From Azolla caroliniana (lineage: Eukaryota > Plantae > Polypodiophyta), in the NCBI GenBank assembly GCA_043228905.1, contig JBHGNT010000001.1:5208001-5272000 (forward strand): DNA of 64,000 bases, written 5' to 3'. Positions 1-12,879 of this stretch are shown in pieces (positions within the stretch are counted from its first letter, which is position 1; each line of letters begins with the position of its first letter). The notes under the pieces were generated by a model. The model worked only from the letters and a program-made list of their open reading frames with translations, did not search any database and was not told where the DNA came from. The translations under genes were made by a program, and so were the position numbers.

Positions 1-3000
1 TGAGTCTTGATGATAGCTTTCCCTATCAATGTTGGGATAAAGAATCTCCAAAATGGAACCAACATTTGACCACACATCATACCAGCAAGATCAAACAAAG
101 GGTTTGGCACCTAAAGAACCAATAAACATCAGGCTATTGAAGTTGGAACGATATACGTTTACTAATAACTACGTGCATTAATCATATCCAAAAAAACTCA
201 AATAGGGAATTGGCAGAACTTTGAGCTGCCAACCAATAATATCTTATATGCCCTTCTTTGACATTGCACAGATTTTTTACCGTTAAAGGCTTCCAAACAA
301 AAGAGCTGAAACTAAGGTTGTTTTGCATACCATACGACTGCTAAAGTTCTGATATAATTGTATGACCATTAGCTGTAAAGTTGCATTTAATAACAGGCAT
401 AATTTGCTTTTATTAAGTTTTGCTTTCCAACTGTCTATGTGAAACCAAACCTAAGTTCTCTGATATCCAACATTTTCTATCACCTTCTTTTCACTGTGTA
501 TTTTTCCTGTGCCACCTAGCCATTCTCATTCTTGTTCTTCATTTCTAAGATCAATTTTCTCCTCTTGAATTCATTACAGTGAATGGCGGGAAGCTAAGAA
601 TTTGATTAATTCTAAGATTTTATTGCTGTTGAACTGCCACATTATTTTTTGCATGATAAATCATCTAAACCTTATAAAAATAAGCTGTATGAAAGTGATT
701 TACACTAGCACTTCCAGTTTCTATTGAGGTTTGGAAATCCAGGAGCCTCTTGCACTTCAATTGAAATCTGGGCTAATATTTCCGATTTAAGGATCAGGGT
801 TTACTCCTTAATCCACCGCTCTTGAATTACCCATTTATTCCCTTGTGACTATGCATTTCCCCTCTATTGAGGTTTGGAAATCCAGGAGCCTCTTGCACTT
901 CAATTGAAATCTGGGCTAATATTTCCGATTTAAGGATCAGGGTTTACTCCTTAATCCACCGCTCTTGAATTACCCATTTATTCCCTTGTGATTACGCATT
1001 TCCCCTCTATTGAGGTTTGGAAATCCAGGAGCCTCTTGCACTTCAATTGAAATCTGGGCTAATATAGGCAATTTAAGGATCAGGGTTTACCCTTTAATCC
1101 ACCCCTCTTGAATTACCCATTTATTCCCTTGTGACTATGCATTTCCCCCTAATATGCAGCACGATTTAAAACCTGGACATCACAGTCAGACTAGATGTTG
1201 AGCAGATAAACCTTTAATCCAAAGAACTCGACAGTCATGATACTGGGGTAGAGCTGCAAGCATGGAAAGGGTGAAATGCCATATACACAAATGCCATGGG
1301 AAAATTGATTCAGCGATGACATTGATTCAGCACAAGTTGACAGTATGCCTAGAAATGTTTGCAGTATCAATGTGAGATGCAGAATGAGACCAGAACCCAA
1401 AACTTGTAAAACCAGTTTGGAGATTATAGATGTATTTTCTACAAGCATAAACACCTTCAGGATTAACTAGCTGCAGTCAAATCAGTGAAGTTTGACACAG
1501 AGTTAGTGTGGAAATGTATCTGTGCACTGCCTCTGAAGTATAAGGCTTGGTCGCAACTTTGACCACTCAGGTGAGAAATTCGTTGCTTTTTTCGGCAGAA
1601 ATTACTGAGTTACTTCAAGAAGAAGAGCTGTGGATGAGGGCACCTCAACAATTGAATATGGATTCCACATTCTTTCTAGACAGTAAATTGAAGAAGAAAA
1701 AGATGCCACAAGCGTGGTAAACTCGAAGTACGGCTCACAGTTCAAGTCTGGAAAATCTGAAGGTAAGATTCTCATGGTCAGCTAGGAACACTTCCACACA
1801 TACGATTGATGATGCAAGCATGAAATATCTTGTTATGTTCATAGTGACATGGTGTATTGAATGCACGATTATCACAGCAGTGATTTGTACATGTAAGTTG
1901 CATGAAGATGCATGCAGATTAGTTGGCACAACTTGTCCGGCCTGGCTCAAGTGCCTGAGAAATGAGAAGTTTGCACAATGGCCACAAATAAGCGGATTGG
2001 TTTCCCTACACTAAACTGAGACTGTAGATTGAAGATCATATGGAAGGCCCAAGAACGTTGAGAAGAATTAGAGGAGCGGCCATGGTGGATCAAATTGTCA
2101 ACCTGATTATACTCAAGGCAGAACTTTCTGAAGAAGATAAGGAAGTCAGCTCTGTGGAGTAGGCATTGAATGGCCTGAGGTGGAAAACCACAACAAAACT
2201 TGAGGTGGAAAGTATTTTGGATAACCAGATGTGGAACTTAGAGGATAGATGAGGTACAAGACTGATGAGTGTGTGGTAAATATATGCAAGACTTGTGGCA
2301 AAAGTGTATACACAGAGGAAGGGAGAAGATTTTGAGGAATCATTGGCTCTCCCTTAAAGGCTCAGAACTATTTGATAAGCTCTGGCAGGGTCTGCGGCAC
2401 AGAATATGCCCATATACTAGATGGATGATAAAGATTTTTTTAAACATTCGCACAATTTTACAAGAAGTTAAGGAAATATACACAGTACTCACCAGACATA
2501 AGCTAAATATTGGGAAATTTTAAAAGAAACTCCTAAGCTATGCATTTGCCCAAAAATATATATTTGGCGAGTCCAAGAGGTTCCTTACTTTTTACCTTGG
2601 CTACATGTAGACGATAAGATCCTCATGGGCAGCACTGAATCAATCATGGTTGGAAAGCAGAAGCTGACTTCTAAGTTCGAGACATCAGATGTTTGGTTCG
2701 ATGTTTAGATGTTTGTCCCCCAGCTCAAATATGCCTGCTTAATTCCAAATGCATTCTGGATGGAGGACAGCAGATGGAAGTTCACTTGGTGCTGAATAAG
2801 GCTCAGACGAGATTGTTGGACAAAGTGGACAAGTATCAGCATCTGGTGGGAAATCTCCAATATATATGCAACAATAGATTGGATTCACCTATGTGATGAG
2901 AATTCTCACAACTTGTACAAGGAAACCAGAAAAGAGTCCTTACCAAGGTGGAATGCATACTCTAAGGTACCTGAAGGATATGATCAGATTTGGCATCCAG

Positions 3001-6000
3001 TTTAGCCAAGGGATATAGCCAGATATTGTGATTATGATTGTGCTAGAATATGGAAGACAAAAGACTTCATTCTAAATTTGTTTTTTACCAGGGTTCAGAA
3101 TATTATCTTGGACCAACAAGTAGCCAAGTGTCTCGTTGTTCACAGAGGAACTGGAGTACATGGTGAAGCGGTATGTAGAACATGAGAAAGCTCCTGAAAA
3201 TCAAGATATTGATCGAGAGGGAGTCCACACAGATAGCATGTGGCAGCAAACACTGGATTACTATTCCAAATAATCTGTTGTTCCATGGGTAGGCCAAATA
3301 CAATAGAGGTTCAATATAACTTCCTACCAGAACTCATTTAAGATGAGAAGCTGGATAATTGTACTCTGGACAATGGCACAGATTCCTTTATGATGACCCT
3401 AGCATGGGAAAACCAAACCAGAGAAAGATGACAAGGATATCTGGAAAATCAGCCAAGTGAATGATGTGAGAACTTGCAAGTAGATGACGAGGGAAACTGG
3501 GCAACCAGACGACATGGGAATTTGCTACATATATAAACTGAAGAAAATCAGATGATGAGGTTGCTACGGTAAAGAACTCAAAGGGGGAAGGGGGCACGGT
3601 GTTGGTGTGAACAAACGTCAACTGCTCTCTTTATATGACAGCTTGGCAGCAGAAAGAGTGTTGTCACTTAATGCCGTAGATAGGTCTCGATTGTTCTGTG
3701 TTGATTATGACAACTTTCCACATAATAGTCAACTTAATCTTGAACCCACTCTTTCTTTACCTAGAATGCATGAAGAGAGAGAGAGAGAGAGAGGAGCTTA
3801 CAGAGGCAAATAACAGAATTGTCCAAAAGTTGAATTTCTGGAAATGGAGAAAGGTGTGAAATTTGAGACTGCTAAAAAAACCTGAGCCGGCTCTTCCAGT
3901 TAGGTTGTCTGATGAGCTTTCAGGCTCCAAGTCCTCCAGCTTCCTAAGCCTCTCCCCAGACAATCGTGCTGTATGCAAAAAAAAATTATACCATTCCATA
4001 ACAACGTCATGTGCAAAGCAAAATGTGATGCAGTGCCTCTTATTAGCAAATGTACGATGATGCATTTGAAAACCTTTAGAAACTAATTTAAGAAAAGAAC
4101 TTGACGTAAAAGAGAAAAACTTAAGCCTATAAATATCAACAAAAACTATAAAATATATCATGATGACATGGGTTTGATTGATTAATCGATTGAGAGAGAG
4201 AGAGAGAGGGATTCACCAAGGAGCTATTATTTATCAGGCAAAAAACTATAAGCAATCATGTGATCTTCATAAAAATTCCTGCCCTAATTTTAAGATTTCA
4301 CATATTTCTTTTCAAAATATACCTTTGAAAACAATAGCTTGGCTTCTGTTAAGAAGCATTCCTAAACATTGGCATTTAAGGATCTACAAATGACAATATA
4401 TTTTAGTGAAGATGAGAGGAATAGTTTCTCTTTTTCTCTCTGTCAACTTTATCGTGGATATGCAGCCCATGGTGCTCTTGAAAGTCAATGCGCACATATA
4501 CAATTCCAAGAGCCTCAAACTAAATTATGGCTATTTGACACACTTGTGACACCAACTCTTCTCTAAGGAGTAGAAACTAAGGGATTAGTCCTCATAAGAT
4601 AAATAACGGGACAGATTAGGAGAGTCCTTTAGTCTCGAAGATTGCTTGCATGATACGAAGCAAAGCATCAGTGCCCATGATACATTCATGCAGAGATGGG
4701 AAAAGCCCCAGTAATCACTGAGACATTATTATGATTAGTGGCCAGTATCCAGTGACTTCAGGATCTCCCTAAATAAAGCTACTCAAGTTTGGCACTAATG
4801 TCATCAAAACAACTTGCTAAACACAGAGAATTGTAGTTGGTATGCTGAAACACAACAATGGCTCTAGTCAAATAGCATAAGTATGACAGCACTACTCCCG
4901 TTCATTTATAACTTGGATTGTCCCCATCTAGACATGACAGAAAAGAATACGGTGATCTGAAATGTTATTATCAATTTGAATAATGGGAGAACATGGATTG
5001 GCCGCATAATATCTCATTGCAGAAATGGCCCACAGTAAGGCACACTATAGCATGTGTTCCGTAGTGTGATAGAGAAGTTGCAGGCCTGCTCACATCAGTT
5101 AGAGGTTGAGGTAAGCGTATATGAACGCACGTCTCTAGAAGAAAGAATTTGACAATTGTGCCATCAAGGAGCAGTATCAGAAGAACAATATGTTTGCCAT
5201 TGCACTGGTTTTTATGGAATAAGCGGGAGATATCATTGCCTCGTTAACCAAGGCTTTGACCCACTGTGCAAGGTAATGGAATATCAGAACCAACAATGCT
5301 TGGGACTGTTCTTGCTAGAACTCAAGAGACAACAAGAACACCCAACAAATTGTTAATTACAATTTATTAGATCCTCTTATTGTATAGATTGTGCCCAAAA
5401 GTCGAGGTTTGTCGGTCACAGCCAGGCATGTTCTTTGCTCATCTATTCAACCACAGAACCAAATGCATGGAAGATCCAAATAAGTAAAAATTCAAGAACA
5501 AACTCAGTTTTTCATATTCTTTTTGCTCTATCAATTTTAAAATCTCCCAACTATGTGACTGGGGAGTGTGCTTTATAACAATTGATTGGTTCCATGGGTC
5601 ACGTTTGGCTCCCCATAAATGTTAATATATCATCATTGTCAACATCACCGTACATTATTTAGATTTCATTTTTTGGGGGGTAGCCTAAAGACAGGGCAAG
5701 CAAATTCAAACCAGCTCTTGAGACAAAGTAAGGTGGCAGCTCGCCGAGGGCTGTTCCAACTCCCCATAGGACTGCCTCCCACTGTACTGCTTGCAGGATT
5801 TGTAACAACGGTACGCTATACCGCTCCGAGTTCACGGCCCTCAGGAATAACGGGTCCCCAAAGTCTGTACAGACTTTCAGCTCCCATGTTGGCCCTTTCC
5901 AGAAGACCAGTGTATCATAAGTAGCAGATTTTAGATCCACTCTTCCACAAAGTGTTGCCATCCTTGTGAACATGGCAATATGAGGACCAAGATATAGCAC

Positions 6001-7162
6001 AAATGTATGGAGACCTGATCCTGAAATTATAGCCCACAAAAACATTTTCGTAAGTCTTTTCTATTCCATATGAAAATAGTACTACTAAGATTTGAGGTGT
6101 AAAGGATTGGGTCTCACCTAACCCAATGGATGACGCGATGCCAAGTCCAACCCACCAAACAGCATAGCTTACGTAAGACGACACATCTTTCATTAACTGA
6201 AAATTTTGAGATAAAATAAGCATTTCAGGTTTAATTTGAAGATATTTAAAAACTATACTTTGTTTTCTTTGTGACCTGTTCATGTGGACCTTGAACCATA
6301 TTGAGCTTCCTCCAAACAAAGGCAAGAAAGCATGCTCCTAAAAGAAGAAATTTGTGGGATATAATGTATAGAATCATTTGGCCAGAATATCGCAACATAG
6401 CCAGAGAGAAATATCGCATGGTTGCAAGTGGCCGCTTTGATAGGACCAAGTTCCCACGCTCTTTTTCAAAATTCCGTTTAAGCTCTGAAAACAAACCAAC
6501 AATATAGAATCACAGGTTAATTAGACAAATCTGCATATTGGTGTATGCTTTTGTGTTTTAAAATCGCCACCCATGAAGATAGTCAGTCATATGACACCCT
6601 TATACCATGACAAGTAGACATCAGTTAGTTTACAGCAATTATTCTTTATTTTAAATGCTTCAAAAGATTCTGAATTAAGATTTTTAGCAACCTTAGAACC
6701 AAAAAATTTCAAACTAAGTTTATTTTACTGTTTCCACATAAGTGTGAATTTACTCTAATAGAGTTAGTTTTCATCAGTAAAAAATTCCTGCAAAGGTATA
6801 ATGAGCAGAGGTATGCAGACACCTTACTAAACACATGAACATTTATAGCTGATTTCACACAATGCATACCAGAATATTCCTCAGACACTAGGTTACATGG
6901 AATTTGTATTTTCACTAAAAGCAACACAACTCGCCTTCACATAAAAAGAAGAACAATCCAAATTCCTAGCATCAAGGACGACGTAAACATGTTTCCAAAG
7001 GGAAAATGTTGTGTATGAGATTCAATAAAAATGTATGGTTATAAGGCAAAATAGGCAAAAAATGCACTACAACGATTAACAGAAACCCCGCTGAAAATGT
7101 GGCGAGGTTATACCTTCGAGATTTGTGTTTGAAGTCATATTTTCCTCACATCTGGATTCCAT
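1..7162 (-). CDS. VMP1: Vacuole membrane protein 1 / KMS1-like (VMP1, DedA/SNARE-associated family); 3' end lies beyond the window start
   Basis: Minus-strand exons 7162-7114, 6484-6276, 6196-6118, 6020-5712, 3968-3802 and 110-1 join in frame across GT-AG introns. They encode [51 protein letters not shown] and [19 protein letters not shown], hallmark VMP1/KMS1 motifs. Confidence 0.95.
721..1149. repeat. Tandem repeat, 3 copies of a 143-bp unit, in a VMP1 intron
   Basis: The unit starting ctattgaggtttggaaatcc recurs at 721, 864 and 1007. Copies 1 and 2 are nearly identical; copy 3 has a few substitutions. Confidence 0.95.
1240..3700 (+). mobile_element. Degenerate, internally deleted Ty1/copia LTR retrotransposon remnant in a VMP1 intron
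   Basis: Broken reading frames give integrase-like IDDAS..LKCLRNE (about 1800-1965). RT motifs [18 protein letters not shown] (about 2285-2340) and LHVDD (about 2600) follow, then RNase H-like YCDYD and [12 protein letters not shown] (about 3020-3160). A purine tract aagggggaaggggg precedes TGTTGG at about 3600. Boundaries are approximate. Confidence 0.8.
4430..5360 (+). mobile_element. 3' fragment of a non-LTR retrotransposon (RTE-X/L2-like LINE) in a VMP1 intron
   Basis: It encodes [41 protein letters not shown]. It ends with [37 protein letters not shown]...GRYHCL, the typical SHxLxIExGR...ERxCxxC...ExHxxxxC Zn-binding tail. Confidence 0.75.
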
Positions 7163-7740
7163 ATTATTATTGACCTCCACTGCATGTCAGGGTAAAAATC
7201 TTGATAAGAAAATATGGAATCATATTTAGAAGCTTGAAAGCTTAGGCCGTCCGTATCTTACACTTGATCTAGCTGCTTGGAATCAAACCTTAGATTGGCT
7301 CTACACAATGACCTTTCACGCTTGCAGTTTCTGCAAATATTTGCATCAAAATGTGTAAGTTATCGTGCCACATTAAATACTCAAAATGTTTGCATTCATG
7401 GGCCCTTGATAAGGATATGGGCTTTGAGTCCAGGGAATTATCATTAAATATTATCATTATTGGTTTCAAAATTAAAAAATTTACAATTCCAATCATCCTT
7501 TAGAACATATGTTTTATCACAGCAACAGCAACAGCAACACCGAACATAACATGTTCTGCAATCCTACCACGACAACAATTGATATTGTTCACTGCTTTGT
7601 GGTCAAGCTAGTCATTTTCAAAGAACCAAAAAATATGCATTTCTTGTTAATATGTATGACTACATAAGCATCTCATCTTAATCCTTCTTTCTTTCTTTAT
7701 CTCTTTCTGCATATAAAACAGTAGATTTTAATGAAATGCC

Positions 7741-7930
7741 GGCATTTCAAAATCACTGCCATAATCTAAAATAATCAATTACTTGCAGGCTTCTATCCAT
7801 ATAATGACACTAGATTTTCTTGAGAATACCAGCATTCCAAAGTCACTGTCATAATCTAAAATGACCAATAACCTGTATGCATCTATGCATATAATGATAC
7901 TAGATTTTCTTGAGACATCAGACTCCAAAA
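7741..7930. repeat. Tandem duplication of a 90-bp unit (2 copies plus a fragment)
   Basis: The pattern gcatt.caaa.tcactg.cataatctaaaat...ctagattttcttgaga occurs at 7741 and 7831. Confidence 0.8.
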
Positions 7931-8683
7931 TCTATGCTATTATCAACACCGGTAAAAAAATTATCTTTCTCATACAAAGGTAGACTCTCAAGAAACTTAT
8001 ATAAATTAAAATAATAGCTTAGATTCAAAAACAATATATATATAGACAAACAAGTATTATTTATCAATTAAATAAAAAAGATTTTCTCCATGCCCAAAAA
8101 AATACATCAGTGGCTAAATTCTGAAACCCCAGAAAAAATTCATCATACATTGGGAAAAGGATTGGAAGCGAAGTTTCATAAGCAGCAACAAAAAACTGAA
8201 TTCTACACTATTGCAAAAATAGTCACATAAAAAAACAAAAACCATAATTAAAGTCTCATAACTGGTAAAGAAGATGACGACGAAAGCATGCGACCCTGAA
8301 GTAATAGCAGAAGGCGTAAAAGTTTAATTAACTTAGTAACAAAAACAGAAGTTTAGTAAAAGAACAGGTGACATAAATCGTAATAAACATATGGTTAAAT
8401 ATAAGAAACAGGGGATATGTATCAAAAAAGCGTAATTAGTATGAATTAGTATGGAAAAATAATTGTGGTTACAGTGAACATATAAATAAATCCATACTGT
8501 AGACAGTAACAAATAAAACGGGAGAGGCATAGAAAAGAGAAACATAGATTGAGATGCATTCCTTCAAAAACATGAAAGGACGCATAGACACGTGAAAAGG
8601 GACATAGCTGGAAACTATATAGATAAACAGATAGATAGATCTAAATTAGATTTAACAGAAAACAGAGTAAGAAGAAAAAAGAC

Positions 8684-8870
8684 CTGAACATTCAATCATG
8701 TACTGCTTGGGTGGGTTGCACAAATGTGATGGAAGATATTTTAATGAGTATGTTTATATGCCGCCCTTCCATGGTAACAGCCCTGCGACTGCTCACTCTC
8801 CCTCTCTCACTTCTTCATTTTATTCTTCTCTCTCTCTCTCACTCTCTCTCTCTCTCTCTCTATTCTCTTT
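8684..8870 (-). promoter_or_regulatory. Putative VMP1 promoter and untranslated first exon
   Basis: On the minus strand a GA-rich tract is followed by CATATAAAC (about 8752-8760) and a donor CAG|GTCTTT at 8683. A T-rich intron then ends at a GCAG acceptor near 7180, just upstream of the ATG. Confidence 0.45.
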
Positions 8871-9169
8871 CGTTTCTTGTTAATCTGCCTCCTCTGTTTT
8901 CGTTCGTCTTTGTGTTCTGCTCTTTCTCTGTGGTCTCATATACATCTCGCTGTTTTTTGTTGTTCTGCTGTGTTCTCTCTCTGTGTCTGCTTTTTTGTTG
9001 TTCTCTGTTTCTCTCTTTTCTTTGTTCTTCATGGGAACCAATCGCAAACTCGGATTTTTACATTAAATACATCACAAATTACAATTATATTTACAAAATT
9101 TTGATCTTTTCTTTTTTCCTTGTTGAATAATTATTTGTTTCTCCTTTTCTTTTACGTATTTCTGAAACG

Positions 9170-9500
9170 TATATACATTCATACGCAGACATACAGAAAA
9201 TACAAATACAGCATGCATGCATTGCTTTACATCTATATACATATATATATATACACACAATGTATGCATATGCATTGCTTTACATACATATACACACACA
9301 AACACACGTACATACATACACATACACAATGCATGCACGCATTGCTTTACATACATTATTACATATATACACACTACATTGCTTTACATACATACATATT
9401 TCATTTATTTCTCTATTCTTTCAATACGATTATGTTACCATAATTATATGCTTCTCATGTTTAAATATGTATATGTGTGTGCGTGTATGTATATATGTCC
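9170..9500. repeat. Low-complexity TA/CA region with repeated cattgctttacat motif
   Basis: Four copies of the motif lie among (TA)n and (CA)n runs. This explains the spurious overlapping ORFs here. Confidence 0.8.
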
Positions 9501-9589
9501 CGTATACGTCTCAATTTGTATTATGTGTCATCCTCATGCGAATCTTCTTTGCATCGTTCTACATTTTATCCGATGTCCCTCCCTCTTTT

Positions 9590-10985
9590 GTAAATAACAG
9601 CTACAGCTTTCATTCCAAATGAAAAAGACATCACCATTAGGAACTTCCAATCAAGCTTGGGTCCACCCCACCAACCCTTACTTGCAACAAACTTTGGATA
9701 TGTTTAGGATCTAAAACCTTACATACCGAATTCAAATGGCATTGACTTGTCCCCTTTGCATCATTATCACTCTTCATGTCTATAGATTCTTGAACTTTTC
9801 TAAGAAATAAATTTGAAACAAAAAAATACTTTTAACCTTGCACCATTTTTTTTTTCATCCCAATAATCAAAAGTGAAGGCATTTCTCATACTCCAATTGA
9901 ACCATAGACCTTAATACCTTTACTGATCCATTGGATTCACTTGGAAGTGGGGCATCACTAAACTCAACTCCACATATGCAAAAACCCAATCGAATGGAGA
10001 TCTTTTCACCCCCAAAGACATCCACACCACATTGATTAGCTTCCAAACCATTCTTGCTACTAGGCAAGAAACAAATTGATGCCCATTATTCTCCACTTCA
10101 AGTTAGCAAAAAAAAACACATCATTCCATTAGCAAATTTTCTTTAGATTAAGGCATCTCCCAAAAGCAAGGCCCAAAACATAATCCCCCAAATGAATATC
10201 ATAGCTCTTAATGTTAATTGAGAATTTTCAAGCCACCACCTCAACGCACAACCCAAAAGAGGTATAGGCTTTTTGAATCCCCATACCTCTGTAACTCTTT
10301 CCTCCATTCAAGCATCTTTGAATTGACTTATGTTAAATATCATTAGTTGATATTTTGGCAAGACTATTCCCAACAAATGTTCAATCAAACTATTGTGATC
10401 CTTCTTCCAAATCTAGGATTGGGCCTTGCAATATTGGGAAACTTGTAACTTATCCCAAACACAAGTTTCCCCTTTGGGAATACCGAATGATCACCTTGTT
10501 GTCGTAAATGCCATTAATCATTTTTGTGGGACTAGCATGGCATAATGTGTTGCAATCAATATTAATTTGTCCCATCCCCAATCATCTTAATATTGCCAAA
10601 CCCTCTATTATAAACAATTAGTGCACACCCTTTATTGGGAAGGATACCACTATATAAAATCTGATACACTCTATCAAGCTATGCATTGGTAAATGATCAA
10701 CTTCTAGAAACCCTTGACAATTTCATGGTTCTTTTATGATTCACCACATTGTCCCAACTTGTCTCAACTTTGATGTTTCCAAGTTCAATGCTTATCTTTC
10801 CAACAAAGAATGGCATTGTTCTCTCCAAGGTTGTAGTCCTTGAAACATAAATGTAAACAAAGAAACTCTTTGATCAACTATATGATCATCAAAATTCAAT
10901 ATTGCCTCCTTGCCATGTTATTTATGAGTACAAATATGACTCCACACCAACCAATAAATACTAGACTTCCCTTTTCCTCTCCCAC
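9590..10985 (-). mobile_element. Degenerate L1-type LINE ORF2 3' remnant
   Basis: The minus strand gives WLVWSHICTHK (W..IC.PK motif, about 10940) and HQFVSCLVARMVWKLIN (zf-RVT-like, about 10040-10085). Its distal end resembles 30165-30580. Confidence 0.6.
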
Positions 10986-11159
10986 AATAATGATTCCATT
11001 GAATTCGTCACTTTCTCAATAGCCTTACGTTCCATCACCCCATGGCAAATTGTCGTACCAACACACATCCATGCACACGATTGTGCCTACTATTAAGTTA
11101 GGGGTCCACCTCCAATTAAGGAACTATTGGGTACCATGACTAGCCATACACTTGCCAAA

Positions 11160-12620
11160 CATTTAGAAGTTATGTTTGAAGCAAAACTCAACTCTTACAT
11201 TCAAGTTGAAGATATATTGAGTCCCATTATAAGTGGAATTTACGAGGGCCTTCTCCACCACCAACCACATCCTTAAATCATGTTGCTTTGTAGGGCACAC
11301 AAAGGTGTATAGTATAATATGTGAGGATCGTGACTGGCCACAACCGGTTATGCTCACGAATATGTGTTCGGGTGCAAAGAAAACGAGGAAGGTAATGCTT
11401 AGACAGAAAAGAACAGAAAATGAGAAACTAAAAAACGAGACACTGATATTTAACGTTGAAAACCCAAATCGGGAAAAATCACGTGGACTCCACTATCTCC
11501 AAACAAATCACTATAAGAGAGGAGGTACAATAAGAACTCAAAAGCAATGACCTTGAGATTTTCTTCGTTCGTCTGATGGTTACAGAGTTACACACTCTCT
11601 CTCTCTCTCTTCAAAGTTACAGAGGCAACTCTTCTGTGTCAATATACAACTAATAATGATAAAGTACATCTTAAAGTTTGCCCTAGTTGTTTATATAGTA
11701 AAACAACTTTTTGGTTATTTACAAGTACAGCCCACAAAGGGGCACATTTGGACTATTTACAAATATAGTCTTCCGAATCGGCTATTAAATTGATTTTCGA
11801 TTTTGGTTCTCGACCTCGGCTGAATTACCCAAGTGTCCTCAATTCGGTTCGTTCTCTTCTTCCCATTCGGAGGGGCCTGTTTTCCCAACATAATAGGTGA
11901 TTGTATTGATGCTTCGTACATCTCCACATTGCTTCGAAATTCTGCCTAGGGAATGTCTCCTACAAAGACATTGTGCACTCAAAATTTCCTAATACATATT
12001 GTGGGTGGTATATGCATTGTACAAGCAAGTGTTGGGACAAGTGAGGTGTCTTAGGGGGCTTTCATGGTTAATCACAAACACTATTTTTGTGAAGCAAGAA
12101 TGTCCACATTCTCCTCCCTTTGTAAACTCTACATCGATGAGGTACCATATTTGGAGGTGACAAGATAATCAAATATTAGGCACACTCTGTCATGTCTTTC
12201 TTTATGTTGATGACATAATCTTGGTTTGTGAATCTCCAACAAGTATACAACATCATCTCAATGTCCTATATGGTATTTTCCACGGAAAAAGGGCTCACGA
12301 CAAACCTCGAGAAACAAGACGGCCATGATCTTCCACACATCCATGATTACTTGTCAGCAAGTTGTCTTCACCCCGATCACGAGGGCAAGTTGAAGTAATA
12401 GATTCCTATGTATATCTAGGCATCACATTTACGAGCACAATGGTTGCGTCTGTATGAGCCAATCCACTAAAGATTAACACACTAGAGGATATGCACTCTA
12501 GGCATGTCACCAAGCACACTTCCAAGAGCCCCATACCAAAGAATAATTATCCAACATTATGATAAAATGAGAACTTTATGTATGAGGCATCCACATGAAC
12601 TCATCCTAGTCACACAAAAC
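11160..12620 (+). mobile_element. Degenerate RTE-X/L2-like LINE reverse transcriptase remnant, interrupted by a solo LTR
   Basis: Motifs occur in RT order: FTRAFSTTNHIL..CCFV, VKQECPHSP, FLYVDDIILV, DSYVYLGITF, TRGYAL..CHQAHFQEPHTK. The last matches the element at 4430-5360. Confidence 0.75.
11320..11890 (-). mobile_element. Solo LTR (copia-like, 571 bp) with 5-bp target-site duplication TAATA
   Basis: It starts with TG at 11320 and ends with CA at 11890, with TAATA at 11315-11319 and 11891-11895. The minus strand has a TATATAA box near 11695 and the copia-LTR-like motif gtgatttttcccgatttgggttttcaacgttaaatatc. Confidence 0.85.
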
Positions 12621-12879
12621 TCATTACTTTCATTTGGTTAACCAACCCAAAATTTGAGTTCCAATAAAATTTAAATTAGGGTGAATGCTTACCCTACCAT
12701 CACAATGTTCTTGAAATTCAACATACCTCCATTTGCAATGAATACTCTCTCCCCCCCCCATGTAGAGGGGACACCGCGGCGCAAACTAAAAAAACACTTG
12801 GCAATGAAGACAACAAAGTGACTAAGTATCATCAACCTTACATTTTCATTTGTTTATAATTATCACTAGATTCCATCAC

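Noticed and set aside
721-1149. CRISPR-like array
   Set aside because: The units repeat in full with no unique spacers, and the context is a eukaryotic intron.
1523-1534. 12-nt match to the 5' part of miR408 (tgcactgcctct)
   Set aside because: The match stops at 12 nt, no hairpin partner is seen, and it lies in a copia remnant.
8698-9622. Several overlapping ORFs of 60-139 aa
   Set aside because: They are translations of CT- and TA/CA-rich low-complexity DNA with no protein-like motifs.
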